Positions 8,751-17,710 of a stretch of 64,000 bases of DNA are shown piece after piece (the stretch's first letter is position 1; every line of letters begins with the position of its first letter). Position numbers and translations under genes: made by a program. Origin of the DNA: Candidatus Omnitrophota bacterium. Its GTDB lineage: Bacteria > Omnitrophota > Gorgyraeia > 1-14-0-20-64-10. The DNA is taken from positions 148,159 to 212,158 of the forward strand of contig JAHFFE010000003.1 of NCBI GenBank assembly GCA_023248155.1. The letters run 5' to 3'. The notes below the pieces were generated by a model, which worked only from the letters and a program-made list of their open reading frames with translations, did no database searches and was not told the DNA's origin.

Positions 8751-10742
8751 ATGTTTGCTGAAGTAGCACTTGATCTTCCGGTGCGCGGCTGTTTTCATTA
8801 TGAAATCCCGGTCTCGCTGGCCGGATCCGCCGCCGTTGGAAAACGGGTAAGGGTTCCGTTCGGCCCCCGAAAACTGCAGGGCTACATCGTCGCCTTATCC
8901 GCAACAAGCCCCGTCTCAAAAACAAAACCGATCGATTCGATTATCGATGAGAATCCGATCATTAATGAAGAACTGCTCGCGTTAACACGCTGGGTAGCCG
9001 AAACTTATCAGGCCGGCTGGGGAGAAACGATTGCCGCCGCATTGCCCGGACTTCTGCGCCGCGGAAAAAAAGAAGGGAAACCTCGGTCGCAGCCGGACGA
9101 AGAACCGGCTGTACCGACGCACCCGATGACGCTTACGGCAGAACAAAAAACAGCGTTTGAACCGATTCGGGATTCTATCCGCTCCGGAACCGGCGGCGCG
9201 TTCCTTCTGCATGGCGTCACCGCAAGCGGAAAAACAGAAGTCTATCTGCAGGCAATCGACGAGGTGCTTGCCAAAAAACAGAGCAGTATCGTTCTCGTTC
9301 CTGAAATCTCGCTGACGCCGCAGGCGATCGAACGGTTTCAAGGCCGATTCGGCGCGGAAGCAGTGGCCTTGCTTCACAGCGGCATGCTTGATACGCAGCG
9401 GTATCAGGAATGGCGGCGAATTCAGAGCGGTGAAGCGCGCGTCATCATCGGAGCGCGGTCGGCTATTTTCGCACCGGTGGAAAACCTGGGACTAATCGTG
9501 ATTGATGAAGAACATGAACCATCGTACAAACAGGATGACGTACCGCGCTACCACGCGCGCGAAGTGGCGCTGCGCCGCGGCCAGATCAACCGCGCCACCG
9601 TCATCTTGGGCAGCGCGACACCGGCGTTGGAAACCTATTACGCAGCAATACAACCGAACCCTGCAATCCAATTGCTCGAATTGACAGAGCGCGTTGAAGA
9701 GCTGGCTCTGCCGGAGGTTCAGGTCGTCGATATGAAATCTGATTTCGCCCATCAATCACGCAGCCGTATTTTTTCGCGCCCGCTCGAAGATGCCCTTGCG
9801 CAGGTACTCGCAACGGGACAGCAGGCGATCCTGTTTTTGAACCGCCGCGGATTCTCCACGTTCGTCCATTGCCGCCAGTGCGGCGCCGCTGCGCGCTGCC
9901 CATCCTGTCAAACGGCGCTGACTTATCATATGGCCGAAAAGAAATTGCTGTGCCATTCCTGTCACACTACGCATGATGCCGGAATCGCCTGCGCTGAATG
10001 CAAGGGACCGTATATTAAATTTCAGGGGACCGGCACCGAACGGGTCGAAAGCGAACTGGCCCGTGTTTTTCCGCAGGCGCGCGTCGCGCGCATGGATACC
10101 GACGCCACCAAATTGCGCGGCACCCATGCCAAAATTCTGAATGAATTCAAAGCGCACAAGATTGATCTGCTGGTCGGAACGCAAATGATCGCCAAAGGGC
10201 TCGATTTTCCGAAAGTAACGGTGGTCGGCGTCATTTCCGCCGATACGGCGCTGAACCTGCCTGATTTCCGGGCCGCTGAACGGACTTTCTGCCTGATGAC
10301 GCAGGTGGCCGGACGCGCCGGACGGGGAAAACTGCCCGGACGCGTCGTTGTGCAGACTTACGCACCGCATCATTACGCGATTCAGGCCGCGAAACAACAT
10401 GACTACGCGGCATTCTACAAACAGGAGATCGCGATCCGGCGGCAGTTAAAACTTCCTCCGTTTACGCGACTCGTTGAACTGACGGCCCGCTCGATGCAGG
10501 AGACCAGCGCATCGGCCTGGGCATCGCAACTGGCCGATCAATGCAGGCGGAGCCTTCCACCCGAAATTGAAGTACTGGGTCCCGCACCGGCGCCGATTCC
10601 CAAACTGCGCCGGCAATACCGCTGGCACGTGATCCTTAAAGCGCCCTCGATCGACTGGCATTTAAAACATCTGCCGGCGGTTCTGGAAAAAATACGGCCG
10701 CCCAAAGGCTGTCGCCTGGCCGTCGATGTCGACCCCCTCTAA
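8751..10742 (+). CDS. priA: Primosomal protein N' (replication restart helicase)
   Basis: GVTASGKTEVY, LVPEISLTPQ, DEEHE, LNRRGFS, four CxxC, GTQMIAKGLDF, QVAGRAGRG. Confidence 0.97.
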   Translation: MFAEVALDLPVRGCFHYEIPVSLAGSAAVGKRVRVPFGPRKLQGYIVALSATSPVSKTKPIDSIIDENPIINEELLALTRWVAETYQAGWGETIAAALPGLLRRGKKEGKPRSQPDEEPAVPTHPMTLTAEQKTAFEPIRDSIRSGTGGAFLLHGVTASGKTEVYLQAIDEVLAKKQSSIVLVPEISLTPQAIERFQGRFGAEAVALLHSGMLDTQRYQEWRRIQSGEARVIIGARSAIFAPVENLGLIVIDEEHEPSYKQDDVPRYHAREVALRRGQINRATVILGSATPALETYYAAIQPNPAIQLLELTERVEELALPEVQVVDMKSDFAHQSRSRIFSRPLEDALAQVLATGQQAILFLNRRGFSTFVHCRQCGAAARCPSCQTALTYHMAEKKLLCHSCHTTHDAGIACAECKGPYIKFQGTGTERVESELARVFPQARVARMDTDATKLRGTHAKILNEFKAHKIDLLVGTQMIAKGLDFPKVTVVGVISADTALNLPDFRAAERTFCLMTQVAGRAGRGKLPGRVVVQTYAPHHYAIQAAKQHDYAAFYKQEIAIRRQLKLPPFTRLVELTARSMQETSASAWASQLADQCRRSLPPEIEVLGPAPAPIPKLRRQYRWHVILKAPSIDWHLKHLPAVLEKIRPPKGCRLAVDVDPL

Positions 10743-10758
10743 AAACTATGTTTCTTCA

Positions 10759-11038
10759 GAGTCGGCCCGGGCATGGGAGCCGTGGACACGCTCGGAATCG
10801 ACTATCGATTCCGTCGCTCTGTCTCCGGCCTTGCCGAAAGACAATTCGATTCGGCCTCCGCCAAGGTCCACTTGCCCCATATCCCGGCCCGCCTCTTACA
10901 CATGCAGGAGCTTCGGGTGACGCGGGCGGGAGAGGCCTCTGCCGCCACGCGCGCAGCGAAGCGAGCACGGACGGCGGAGAGTGTCCCCGAGCGGCAGGAC
11001 CCGAAGCGACGGAGTTTGATGGTGGCCCGAACTGACTC
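10759..11038. repeat. Structured mosaic intergenic repeat, copy A (MITE/REP-like)
   Basis: 137-bp core palindrome 10759-10895, hairpin module 10910-10965, end arm gcccgaactgactc 11025-11038; about 200 bp is near-identical to the reverse complement of 18419-18624. Confidence 0.9.
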
Positions 11039-11051
11039 GAAAAACAGTTCG

Positions 11052-11060
11052 TGATACAAT
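11052..11060 (+). promoter_or_regulatory. Extended -10 promoter for def-fmt (probably leaderless)
   Basis: TG-A-TACAAT 6 nt upstream of the def ATG; no SD in between. Confidence 0.55.
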
Positions 11061-11066
11061 AACCGC

Positions 11067-11579
11067 ATGATTCTGCCTGTGATGAAAGAACCCAATCCGA
11101 TTTTGCGCCAGAAAGCGGTCGCCGTGACCGAAATCACGCCCAAAATCCGTAAATTGGTGGCCGACATGATCGATACGATGCATGCGGCCGAAGGCGTCGG
11201 CCTGGCCGCCAATCAAGTTGGTTCATCCTGGAATATTTTTGTCGCCAGTCCCGACGGAGAAAAAGGGCAGGAAATGGTCTTCATCAATGCGGTTCTCTCC
11301 GGCGCCAAAGGAAAAGAACTGAAAACCGAAGGCTGCCTCTCGGTACCCGGCGTTTCGGCCAAAATATTCCGCCACACCCAAATTACAGTGACGGCGCTTG
11401 ACCTGGAAGGCAAGAAGCGAAAAATAACCGCCACCGATTTACTCGCGCAGATTTTCCAGCATGAGGTCGGGCATCTGCAGGGAAAACTGTACATCGACCT
11501 TCTTCCGGGCGAAGAGAACGCGGCCATTTTAAAAAAGTACCGCGCGATTTCCGAAACACTGGGGAAGATAAAGCTCTGA
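11067..11579 (+). CDS. def: Peptide deformylase
   Basis: GVGLAANQVG, EGCLSVPG, QHEVGHL. Confidence 0.96.
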   Translation: MILPVMKEPNPILRQKAVAVTEITPKIRKLVADMIDTMHAAEGVGLAANQVGSSWNIFVASPDGEKGQEMVFINAVLSGAKGKELKTEGCLSVPGVSAKIFRHTQITVTALDLEGKKRKITATDLLAQIFQHEVGHLQGKLYIDLLPGEENAAILKKYRAISETLGKIKL

Positions 11580-12526
11580 ACCCGCCCGCCCGAATCCTTT
11601 ACCTGGGAACGCCTGAATTCGCGGCCGCCTGCTTAAATGACCTGCTTAAAGATTCCCGGGCGATCGTCGGCGTAGTCACTCAACCGGACCGCCCTAAAGG
11701 CCGTTCTCAAATCGTTTCAGCAACACCGGTAAAAACAGTGGCTCTTTCCAAAGAAATCCCGGTTTACCAGCCGGAAAGACTGGATGATCCTGCATTTCTA
11801 GAGCAGATCCGCGCGCTCAAACCCGATTGCGCAATCGTCGTGGCGTTCGGCCGGCTATTGCCGATTGCTTTCCTAAACCTGTTTTCGAAAGGAGCCTACA
11901 ATCTGCATGGATCATTGCTTCCGAAATACCGCGGCGCCGCGCCGATTCAATGGGCGTTGATCAACGGAGAAAAAGAAACCGGCGTTACATTGTTTAAGCT
12001 CGATGAACAACTCGATCACGGCCCAATACTGCTGCAGAAAAAAATCGCGATCGATCCGGACGACACCAGCGAAACACTTTTTCCAAAACTGTCACTGCTC
12101 GGGTCCGCGGCGATCCGAGAGGGACTGCCTCTGCTCGAAAAAGAACTGGTTCCTTTAACGCCGCAAAACCATAGCCAGGCAACGCAAGCGCCGGCGCTCA
12201 CCAAAGAGCAGGGAAGAATTGACTGGACGAAACCGGCCGAGCAAATTGTTAACCAAATCCGCGGCATGACACCCTGGCCCGGCGCTTTTACTTTTTTAAA
12301 TGGAGAACCGGTTAAAATTTTGGCCGCTGCCATTGTTCCGCATTCCGGCGCTTCGGCACATCCGGGAACCCTCGCGCAGGCTTCCACCAAAGAAGGGTTG
12401 GTTATTGAGGCAGGGCATGGTTGCCTGCAAATTATCCGCCTTCAGCCGGCCGCCGGAAAACCAATGCCGGCCGCCGATTTCCTTCGCGGCCATCCGATCC
12501 CGCCCGGAACCGTGTTTGGCCCATAA
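11576..12526 (+). CDS. fmt: Methionyl-tRNA formyltransferase (start uncertain; probable CTG at 11576)
   Basis: N-terminal RILYLGTPEFA and VVTQPDRPKGR lie in frame upstream of the ORF-track start 11738; NLHGSLLPKYRGAAPIQWA, LDHGPIL, PWPGA. Confidence 0.92.
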   Translation: MNPPARILYLGTPEFAAACLNDLLKDSRAIVGVVTQPDRPKGRSQIVSATPVKTVALSKEIPVYQPERLDDPAFLEQIRALKPDCAIVVAFGRLLPIAFLNLFSKGAYNLHGSLLPKYRGAAPIQWALINGEKETGVTLFKLDEQLDHGPILLQKKIAIDPDDTSETLFPKLSLLGSAAIREGLPLLEKELVPLTPQNHSQATQAPALTKEQGRIDWTKPAEQIVNQIRGMTPWPGAFTFLNGEPVKILAAAIVPHSGASAHPGTLAQASTKEGLVIEAGHGCLQIIRLQPAAGKPMPAADFLRGHPIPPGTVFGP

Positions 12527-12531
12527 CATTC

Positions 12532-12540
12532 TGGTAGAAT
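12532..12540 (+). promoter_or_regulatory. Extended -10 promoter (probably leaderless)
   Basis: TG-G-TAGAAT 7 nt upstream of ATG 12548. Confidence 0.5.
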
Positions 12541-12547
12541 AATCGTC

Positions 12548-13123
12548 ATGGTATACGGTCCGATTTTTCTGACAATGTGGATGTTGTTCGGCTCCATCTT
12601 TCACGGATGGGATCAACCCCATCTGGAACGGGTGGAAGTCCGTACCGGTTTTGCCGTCGCACTAAATGACACCGAACATCCGACCGGCTTCGAATTTGTT
12701 CCGCTGCTGCCATCCGCCGTCATACCGCTCACCGATACGATCGATCCAGGCCCGGACTTTCTGAAAGGGAAGATCGAATGGAACCCGGAACTGTTCGCCG
12801 CCAGCTTTGTCTATCCGTATGCACGCCCGATCATCGGAATCAATCCACTGCAGTTTCAGTATGCGCTGGAACCGCGCGGAAAATGGGAACCGTACGGCAT
12901 GGCCGGCCTCGGAATACTCCACTCGAATATTGAACGCAGGGAAACCGGCTCCGATTTTAATTTCAATCTCGCGTTCGGCTTTGGAACACGCTACCGGTTA
13001 AACCCCAATACCGCGCTGCTGCTGGAGTACCGCCATATCCATATCTCGAACGCCGACATTGATGACAATAACGCGGCGATCGAAGCGAATACATTCCTGA
13101 CCGGCCTCTCCATCTCGCTGTAA
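12548..13123 (+). CDS. Acyloxyacyl hydrolase / PagL-like lipid A deacylase outer-membrane beta-barrel
   Basis: GSDFNF, YRHIHISNA.I...N (PagL catalytic H-x-S motif), alternating beta-strand pattern. Confidence 0.75.
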   Translation: MVYGPIFLTMWMLFGSIFHGWDQPHLERVEVRTGFAVALNDTEHPTGFEFVPLLPSAVIPLTDTIDPGPDFLKGKIEWNPELFAASFVYPYARPIIGINPLQFQYALEPRGKWEPYGMAGLGILHSNIERRETGSDFNFNLAFGFGTRYRLNPNTALLLEYRHIHISNADIDDNNAAIEANTFLTGLSISL

Positions 13124-13143
13124 CCGCCCGGCCAATTGCGCGC

Positions 13144-13172
13144 TTGATCTGACTTTCCCCCAGGATTATAAT
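13144..13172 (+). promoter_or_regulatory. Sigma70 promoter of gap operon
   Basis: TTGATC-17 bp-TATAAT; SD AAGGAG before gap. Confidence 0.7.
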
Positions 13173-13201
13173 AGGGAGTTTAACAACTAAGGAGAAGAGA
13201 A

Positions 13202-14215
13202 ATGGCAATTCGAGTCGGTGTTAATGGGTTTGGTCGTATCGGTCGGTTGGTGCTGCGCGCCGGATGGAACCGGCCCGGTATTGATTTCGTGGCGGTCAAC
13301 GACCTTCCGGTCGGCGCGGCCACACTGGCGCATTTGCTTAAGTACGATTCCAATTTCGGCATCTTTCCGGTTGAAGTCAAAGCCGAGGGCGAAGATCTGT
13401 TGATCGGCGGCAAGAAACTGAAGATCGTCAGCCATAAATCACCAACCGAAATTCCCTGGAAAGATCTGGGCGCCGACATCGTCGTCGAGTCAACCGGCCT
13501 GTTCACCGATAAGGAAAAAGCGATCGGCCATATGGCCGGCGGCAGCGTCAAGAAGGTGATCATCTCGGCTCCGGCCAAGAACGAAGACATCACGGTCGTC
13601 ATGGGCGTCAACCACGACAAATACGATCCGTCCAAGCACCACGTCATCTCGAACGCGTCCTGCACCACCAACTGTCTGGCCCCGATGGCGCGCGTTTTGC
13701 TCGATTCGGTCGGCATCGTCAAGGGACTGATGACCACGATCCATTCCTATACCAACGACCAGCGCATTCTCGACCTGCCGCACAAGGACCTGCGCCGCGC
13801 ACGCGCAGCCGGGCAGTCGATGATTCCGACCAGCACCGGCGCCGCCAAGGCGATCGGGCTCGTGATCCCGGAATTAAAAGGGAAGATGGACGGTCTGGCG
13901 ATCCGCGTGCCGACGCCGAATGTGTCGGTGGTTGACCTGACCTGCGAAGTCTCCCGCAAAACGACGGCCGAAGAAGTGAACGAGGCGTTCAAGAAAGCCG
14001 CCGCCGGACCGCTCGGAAAATATTTGCAGTTTTCCACCGAAGAGCTGGTCTCCAAAGATTTCAACGGCAATCCGAAATCGTGCATCTTCGACGCGCCGCT
14101 GACCAAAGTCTGCGACGGCAATCTGGTCAAGATATTCGGCTGGTACGATAACGAATGGGGTTATTCCAACCGCGTGGTCGACCTGCTTGAGTTCGTCGCC
14201 AGCAAAGGTTTGTAA
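13202..14215 (+). CDS. gap: Type I glyceraldehyde-3-phosphate dehydrogenase
   Basis: [31 protein letters not shown]. Confidence 0.98.
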   Translation: MAIRVGVNGFGRIGRLVLRAGWNRPGIDFVAVNDLPVGAATLAHLLKYDSNFGIFPVEVKAEGEDLLIGGKKLKIVSHKSPTEIPWKDLGADIVVESTGLFTDKEKAIGHMAGGSVKKVIISAPAKNEDITVVMGVNHDKYDPSKHHVISNASCTTNCLAPMARVLLDSVGIVKGLMTTIHSYTNDQRILDLPHKDLRRARAAGQSMIPTSTGAAKAIGLVIPELKGKMDGLAIRVPTPNVSVVDLTCEVSRKTTAEEVNEAFKKAAAGPLGKYLQFSTEELVSKDFNGNPKSCIFDAPLTKVCDGNLVKIFGWYDNEWGYSNRVVDLLEFVASKGL

Positions 14216-14218
14216 TTA

Positions 14219-15412
14219 ATGGCCGGCACGGCAACCGCGTTTCGCACCATTAAGGAGCTGCCGCTGGAAGGCAAGCGCGTTTTAATCCGCGTTGACTTTA
14301 ATGTTCCGCTAAAAGAGGGGAAGGTTACCGATTCCACGCGGATCAGCGCAGCACTCCCAACAATCCGTTACGCGCTCGAGCGAAACGCCAAGGTGATTTT
14401 GATGAGCCATCTTGGCCGGCCGGACGGGCAGGTTGTCGAAAAACTGCGCATGAAGCCGGTCGCCGAGGTCCTCAGCAAGCTGATCGGGAAACCGGTACAG
14501 ACCGTTCAGGATTGCGTGGGTCCCGAAGCACAAACCGCGGCGGGTAATTTAAAGCCGGGCGAAATTCTGCTGCTGGAAAATCTGCGATTCCACCCCGAAG
14601 AAGAAGCCAACGATTCCTGTTTCGCAAAAGCGCTGGCCAAGCTGGGTGACGTTTATTTGAATGACGCGTTCGGCACCGCGCATCGCGCGCATGCATCCAC
14701 GGCCGGTGTCGCTGAATATATTCCGTCGGCCGCCGGTTTCCTAATGCAGAAAGAACTGGATGCGCTGGGTGTTGTGGTTTCCAATCCGGCCCGTCCTTAT
14801 TTTCTGATTCTAGGTGGAGCGAAGGTTTCCGACAAAATCAAATTGATCGATCATTTAATCGACAAGGTCGATACGATTTTGATCGGCGGCGGCATGCAGT
14901 ATACATTCTTCGCCGCGCAGGGAATTCCGACCGGTGACTCGCCGGTTGAGAAAGACCACCTCTCCACCGCCAAAGCCGTCATGGTTAAAGCGAAGGAAAA
15001 AGGGGTGACCGTTCTGCTCCCTCTCGATCATGTGATCGCCGATAAATTCGCGCCCGATGCCCAGCGCAAAGTGACCGAGAAACCGGGCATGCCCGATGGC
15101 TGGGGCGGCATGGACATCGGTCCCAAAACAATCGCGTTGTTTAATGAAGCGCTGAAAAAAGCCAAGACCGTATTATGGAACGGACCGCTTGGTGTTTTTG
15201 AAATGGACCGTTTCGCCGACGGCACAAAATCAGTCGCGCAGACCGTCGCCGGACTCAACGCGGTGACCGTGGTCGGCGGCGGAGATACGGCAGCCGCCAT
15301 CACGCAGTTCGGCCTGGCCGATAAAATGACGCATGTCTCGACGGGCGGCGGCGCCAGCCTTGAATTTCTGGAAGGGCGTGTTTTGCCCGGCGTTGCCGCG
15401 TTGTCCAAATAA
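14219..15412 (+). CDS. pgk: Phosphoglycerate kinase
   Basis: RVDFNVP, SHLGRP, LLENLRF, DAFGTAHRAHAS, STGGGASLE. Confidence 0.98.
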   Translation: MAGTATAFRTIKELPLEGKRVLIRVDFNVPLKEGKVTDSTRISAALPTIRYALERNAKVILMSHLGRPDGQVVEKLRMKPVAEVLSKLIGKPVQTVQDCVGPEAQTAAGNLKPGEILLLENLRFHPEEEANDSCFAKALAKLGDVYLNDAFGTAHRAHASTAGVAEYIPSAAGFLMQKELDALGVVVSNPARPYFLILGGAKVSDKIKLIDHLIDKVDTILIGGGMQYTFFAAQGIPTGDSPVEKDHLSTAKAVMVKAKEKGVTVLLPLDHVIADKFAPDAQRKVTEKPGMPDGWGGMDIGPKTIALFNEALKKAKTVLWNGPLGVFEMDRFADGTKSVAQTVAGLNAVTVVGGGDTAAAITQFGLADKMTHVSTGGGASLEFLEGRVLPGVAALSK

Positions 15413-15426
15413 TTTAAAGGATCTCA

Positions 15427-16218
15427 ATGAAAAGAACCCCGTTAGTCGCCGGAAACTGGAAAATGAATACCGGAACCCCTTCACAGGCCATTACGCTTGC
15501 CGAAGCGATTGCCGCTGCCGCCGGAAATAAAAAAGGGGCTGAGGTATTAATCTGCCCGCCATTTACAGCGCTCGTTTCGGTGGGTAAAGCGATTGAAGGA
15601 AAAGGCATCGCGCTCGGCGCGCAAAACGCGCACGCCGAGGCAAAAGGCGCTTTTACCGGTGAAATTTCCGTTCCGATGTTGAAAGAAATCGGCTGTGCCT
15701 ACGTGATTCTCGGTCATTCGGAACGGCGCCAGCTTTTCGGGGAAACCGATGAGGGCGTTTGTAAAAAAACGGCCGCCGTATTGGCTGCCGGACTTAAGGC
15801 AATCGTCTGCGTCGGAGAAACGCTTCAGCAGCGGCAGGCCAACCAGACATGGGCCGTGATTGAAACACAACTGAACAAAGGCCTCGAAGGAATTTCAGCC
15901 ACAGCCGCAAATCTCGTAATCGCCTATGAACCGGTCTGGGCGATCGGGACGGGGCTCAACGCCACACCGGCGCAGGCGCAGGAAGTGCATGCTTCAATCC
16001 GGAAATGGCTGAACAGCCGCTTCGGACCTGAAACAGGCAGCTCTATCCGGATTCAGTACGGCGGTTCCGTCAAAGCCGACAACGCAAAAGAGTTAATGAG
16101 CCAGCACGATGTCGACGGCGCGCTCGTCGGCGGAGCCAGCCTGGAAGCGGCCTCATTCATCGCCATCATCGAAGCGGCCAGTCAGGCCAAGGAGGGATCC
16201 CCATGTTGCACAGCGTAA
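15427..16218 (+). CDS. tpiA: Triosephosphate isomerase
   Basis: AGNWKMN, GHSERR, AYEPVWAIGTG, YGGSV, LVGGASL. Confidence 0.98.
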   Translation: MKRTPLVAGNWKMNTGTPSQAITLAEAIAAAAGNKKGAEVLICPPFTALVSVGKAIEGKGIALGAQNAHAEAKGAFTGEISVPMLKEIGCAYVILGHSERRQLFGETDEGVCKKTAAVLAAGLKAIVCVGETLQQRQANQTWAVIETQLNKGLEGISATAANLVIAYEPVWAIGTGLNATPAQAQEVHASIRKWLNSRFGPETGSSIRIQYGGSVKADNAKELMSQHDVDGALVGGASLEAASFIAIIEAASQAKEGSPCCTA

Positions 16219-16526
16219 TTTTAGTAATTCATATCATCGTCTGTCTGGTGTTGATCGCCGTGATTCTTCTGCAGGCCGGCCGCGGCGGAGGCGTTGCCGA
16301 TGTCGGCAGTGCACCGTCGATGCTGGGCACGCAGGGCACCACGCTGTTGACGCGCGCAACCACTGCCTGCGCCGTCATTTTCATGCTGACCTCCATCGGT
16401 TTAGCGGTCATCTCCGCGCAAAAAGGGAAATCGCTGATGACCGGCGTTCGCGTGCCCGCTCCGATGGCCGCACCGGCTGAAACCCCGGCTGCCGCGCCGG
16501 CGCAAACTCCGGCTCAAAAGCCATAA
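16203..16526 (+). CDS. secG: Preprotein translocase subunit SecG
   Basis: Two TM helices, ILLQAGRGGG, L.RAT; usual position after tpiA. Confidence 0.9.
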   Translation: MLHSVILVIHIIVCLVLIAVILLQAGRGGGVADVGSAPSMLGTQGTTLLTRATTACAVIFMLTSIGLAVISAQKGKSLMTGVRVPAPMAAPAETPAAAPAQTPAQKP

Positions 16527-16564
16527 ACGAACCGGCCGACAAAAATCTCCTTTTAATCTACGCG

Positions 16565-17710
16565 ATGTCGTCCCTGGTTTATTTCAACCAGGGCATCGGA
16601 AGTCTGACCAGCCAGCCTCTCTTTTTCTATCTAAAAGAAACGCTGAAACTGGAGCCTTCCAAGATCATGTATTTAAGTTCCGTGATTACGATTCCGTGGA
16701 TGATCAAACCGCTGTACGGATGGCTTTCCGACGCATTTCCGCTCTGGGGCTACCGCAGAAAATCATACATGATCGTCAGCGGTATTTTGGGCATCATCAC
16801 GGCACTGCTGATCGGACTTTCACCGGCGCTGCCGCTGCTGACACTCTACGCGCTGCTGATCTGCGACGCGCTGGGCGGCGCAATGAAAGATGTCGCGATG
16901 GACGGAATCATGGTGGAGGAGGGGCGGCGGCGCAATCTGACCGGAAAAATCCAGTCGATTCAGTGGGGATCGCTGACGCTGGCCACCGTCATCACCGGAG
17001 TTGCCGGCGGCTATATTGCCGAACGGTTCGACTATCATCTGAGTTTTTTATTGGTCGCAATTTTTCCGGCATTCGTTGCGACATTGGCTTTTTTCTACAA
17101 AGAACCGCCGGCTGAGCATCAATCTTTGCTCATTTCATTAAAGACAATCTTTACAAACCGGCCGCTGCTGTTGGCCATGCTCTTTTTATTTCTGTTTTGG
17201 TTCTCTCCATCTCTGAGCGTGCCGGTCCAATTTAAAATACGGGATGAGCTTCATTTTTCACGGTTCGCGATGGGCACCTTAAGCACCGTAGGAGCGGTCT
17301 TCTCAGTTCTGGGCTCGGTCTGGTATTGGAAAAAAAGCCAGGCTCTGAATATCCGCAAATGGCTGATGATCAGCGTTCTGGTCAGCGGCATCTCGACATT
17401 CGCTTACTTGTATCTGACGCCGGTCAGCATCGTGGCGTACACGATCATCTTCGGAATTTTCAGCATGGCGATTCAATTGATAGTAATGGACTTCGCGGCG
17501 CGCATCTGCCCCAAAGGTTCCGAAGCGACGGCGTTCGCGCTGATTACCTCGGTATTAAATTTTGGAATGTTCCTCTCGAACCTGGCCGGCGGAAAATTAT
17601 ACGAATCGATTGGTTACACAGGACTGGTCGTCATTTCCGGCGTCACCACATTGTTGTGCCTGCCGCTGATTCCGCTGTTGTTGGTTAAAACGGAGCCGGC
17701 CGCCGCGTGA
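16565..17710 (+). CDS. MFS transporter, BT1 / folate-biopterin transporter family (start may be ATA 16523)
   Basis: YFNQG, PWMIKPLYGWLSDAFPLWGYRRKSY, DVAMDG, QSIQW, CPKGSEATAFA. Confidence 0.85.
   Translation: MSSLVYFNQGIGSLTSQPLFFYLKETLKLEPSKIMYLSSVITIPWMIKPLYGWLSDAFPLWGYRRKSYMIVSGILGIITALLIGLSPALPLLTLYALLICDALGGAMKDVAMDGIMVEEGRRRNLTGKIQSIQWGSLTLATVITGVAGGYIAERFDYHLSFLLVAIFPAFVATLAFFYKEPPAEHQSLLISLKTIFTNRPLLLAMLFLFLFWFSPSLSVPVQFKIRDELHFSRFAMGTLSTVGAVFSVLGSVWYWKKSQALNIRKWLMISVLVSGISTFAYLYLTPVSIVAYTIIFGIFSMAIQLIVMDFAARICPKGSEATAFALITSVLNFGMFLSNLAGGKLYESIGYTGLVVISGVTTLLCLPLIPLLLVKTEPAAA

Noticed and set aside
10759-10895. Repeat core as HDV-like or hammerhead ribozyme, or c-di-GMP-I riboswitch (GGC..GGCATGG, CTCCGGCCT, GAAA)
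   Set aside because: Only short word matches; no nested pseudoknot, CUGANGA core or GEMM P2-P3 order found by eye. An Rfam cmscan would settle it
10726-11054. Short ORFs over repeat A (and 18229-18672, 54640-54947 over B and C) with similar translations
   Set aside because: Similarity comes from the non-coding repeat; different frames stay open in different copies, there is no SD, and indels break the frames
11738-12526. fmt as a truncated pseudogene
   Set aside because: The conserved N-terminus is intact and in frame upstream; only the start codon is atypical
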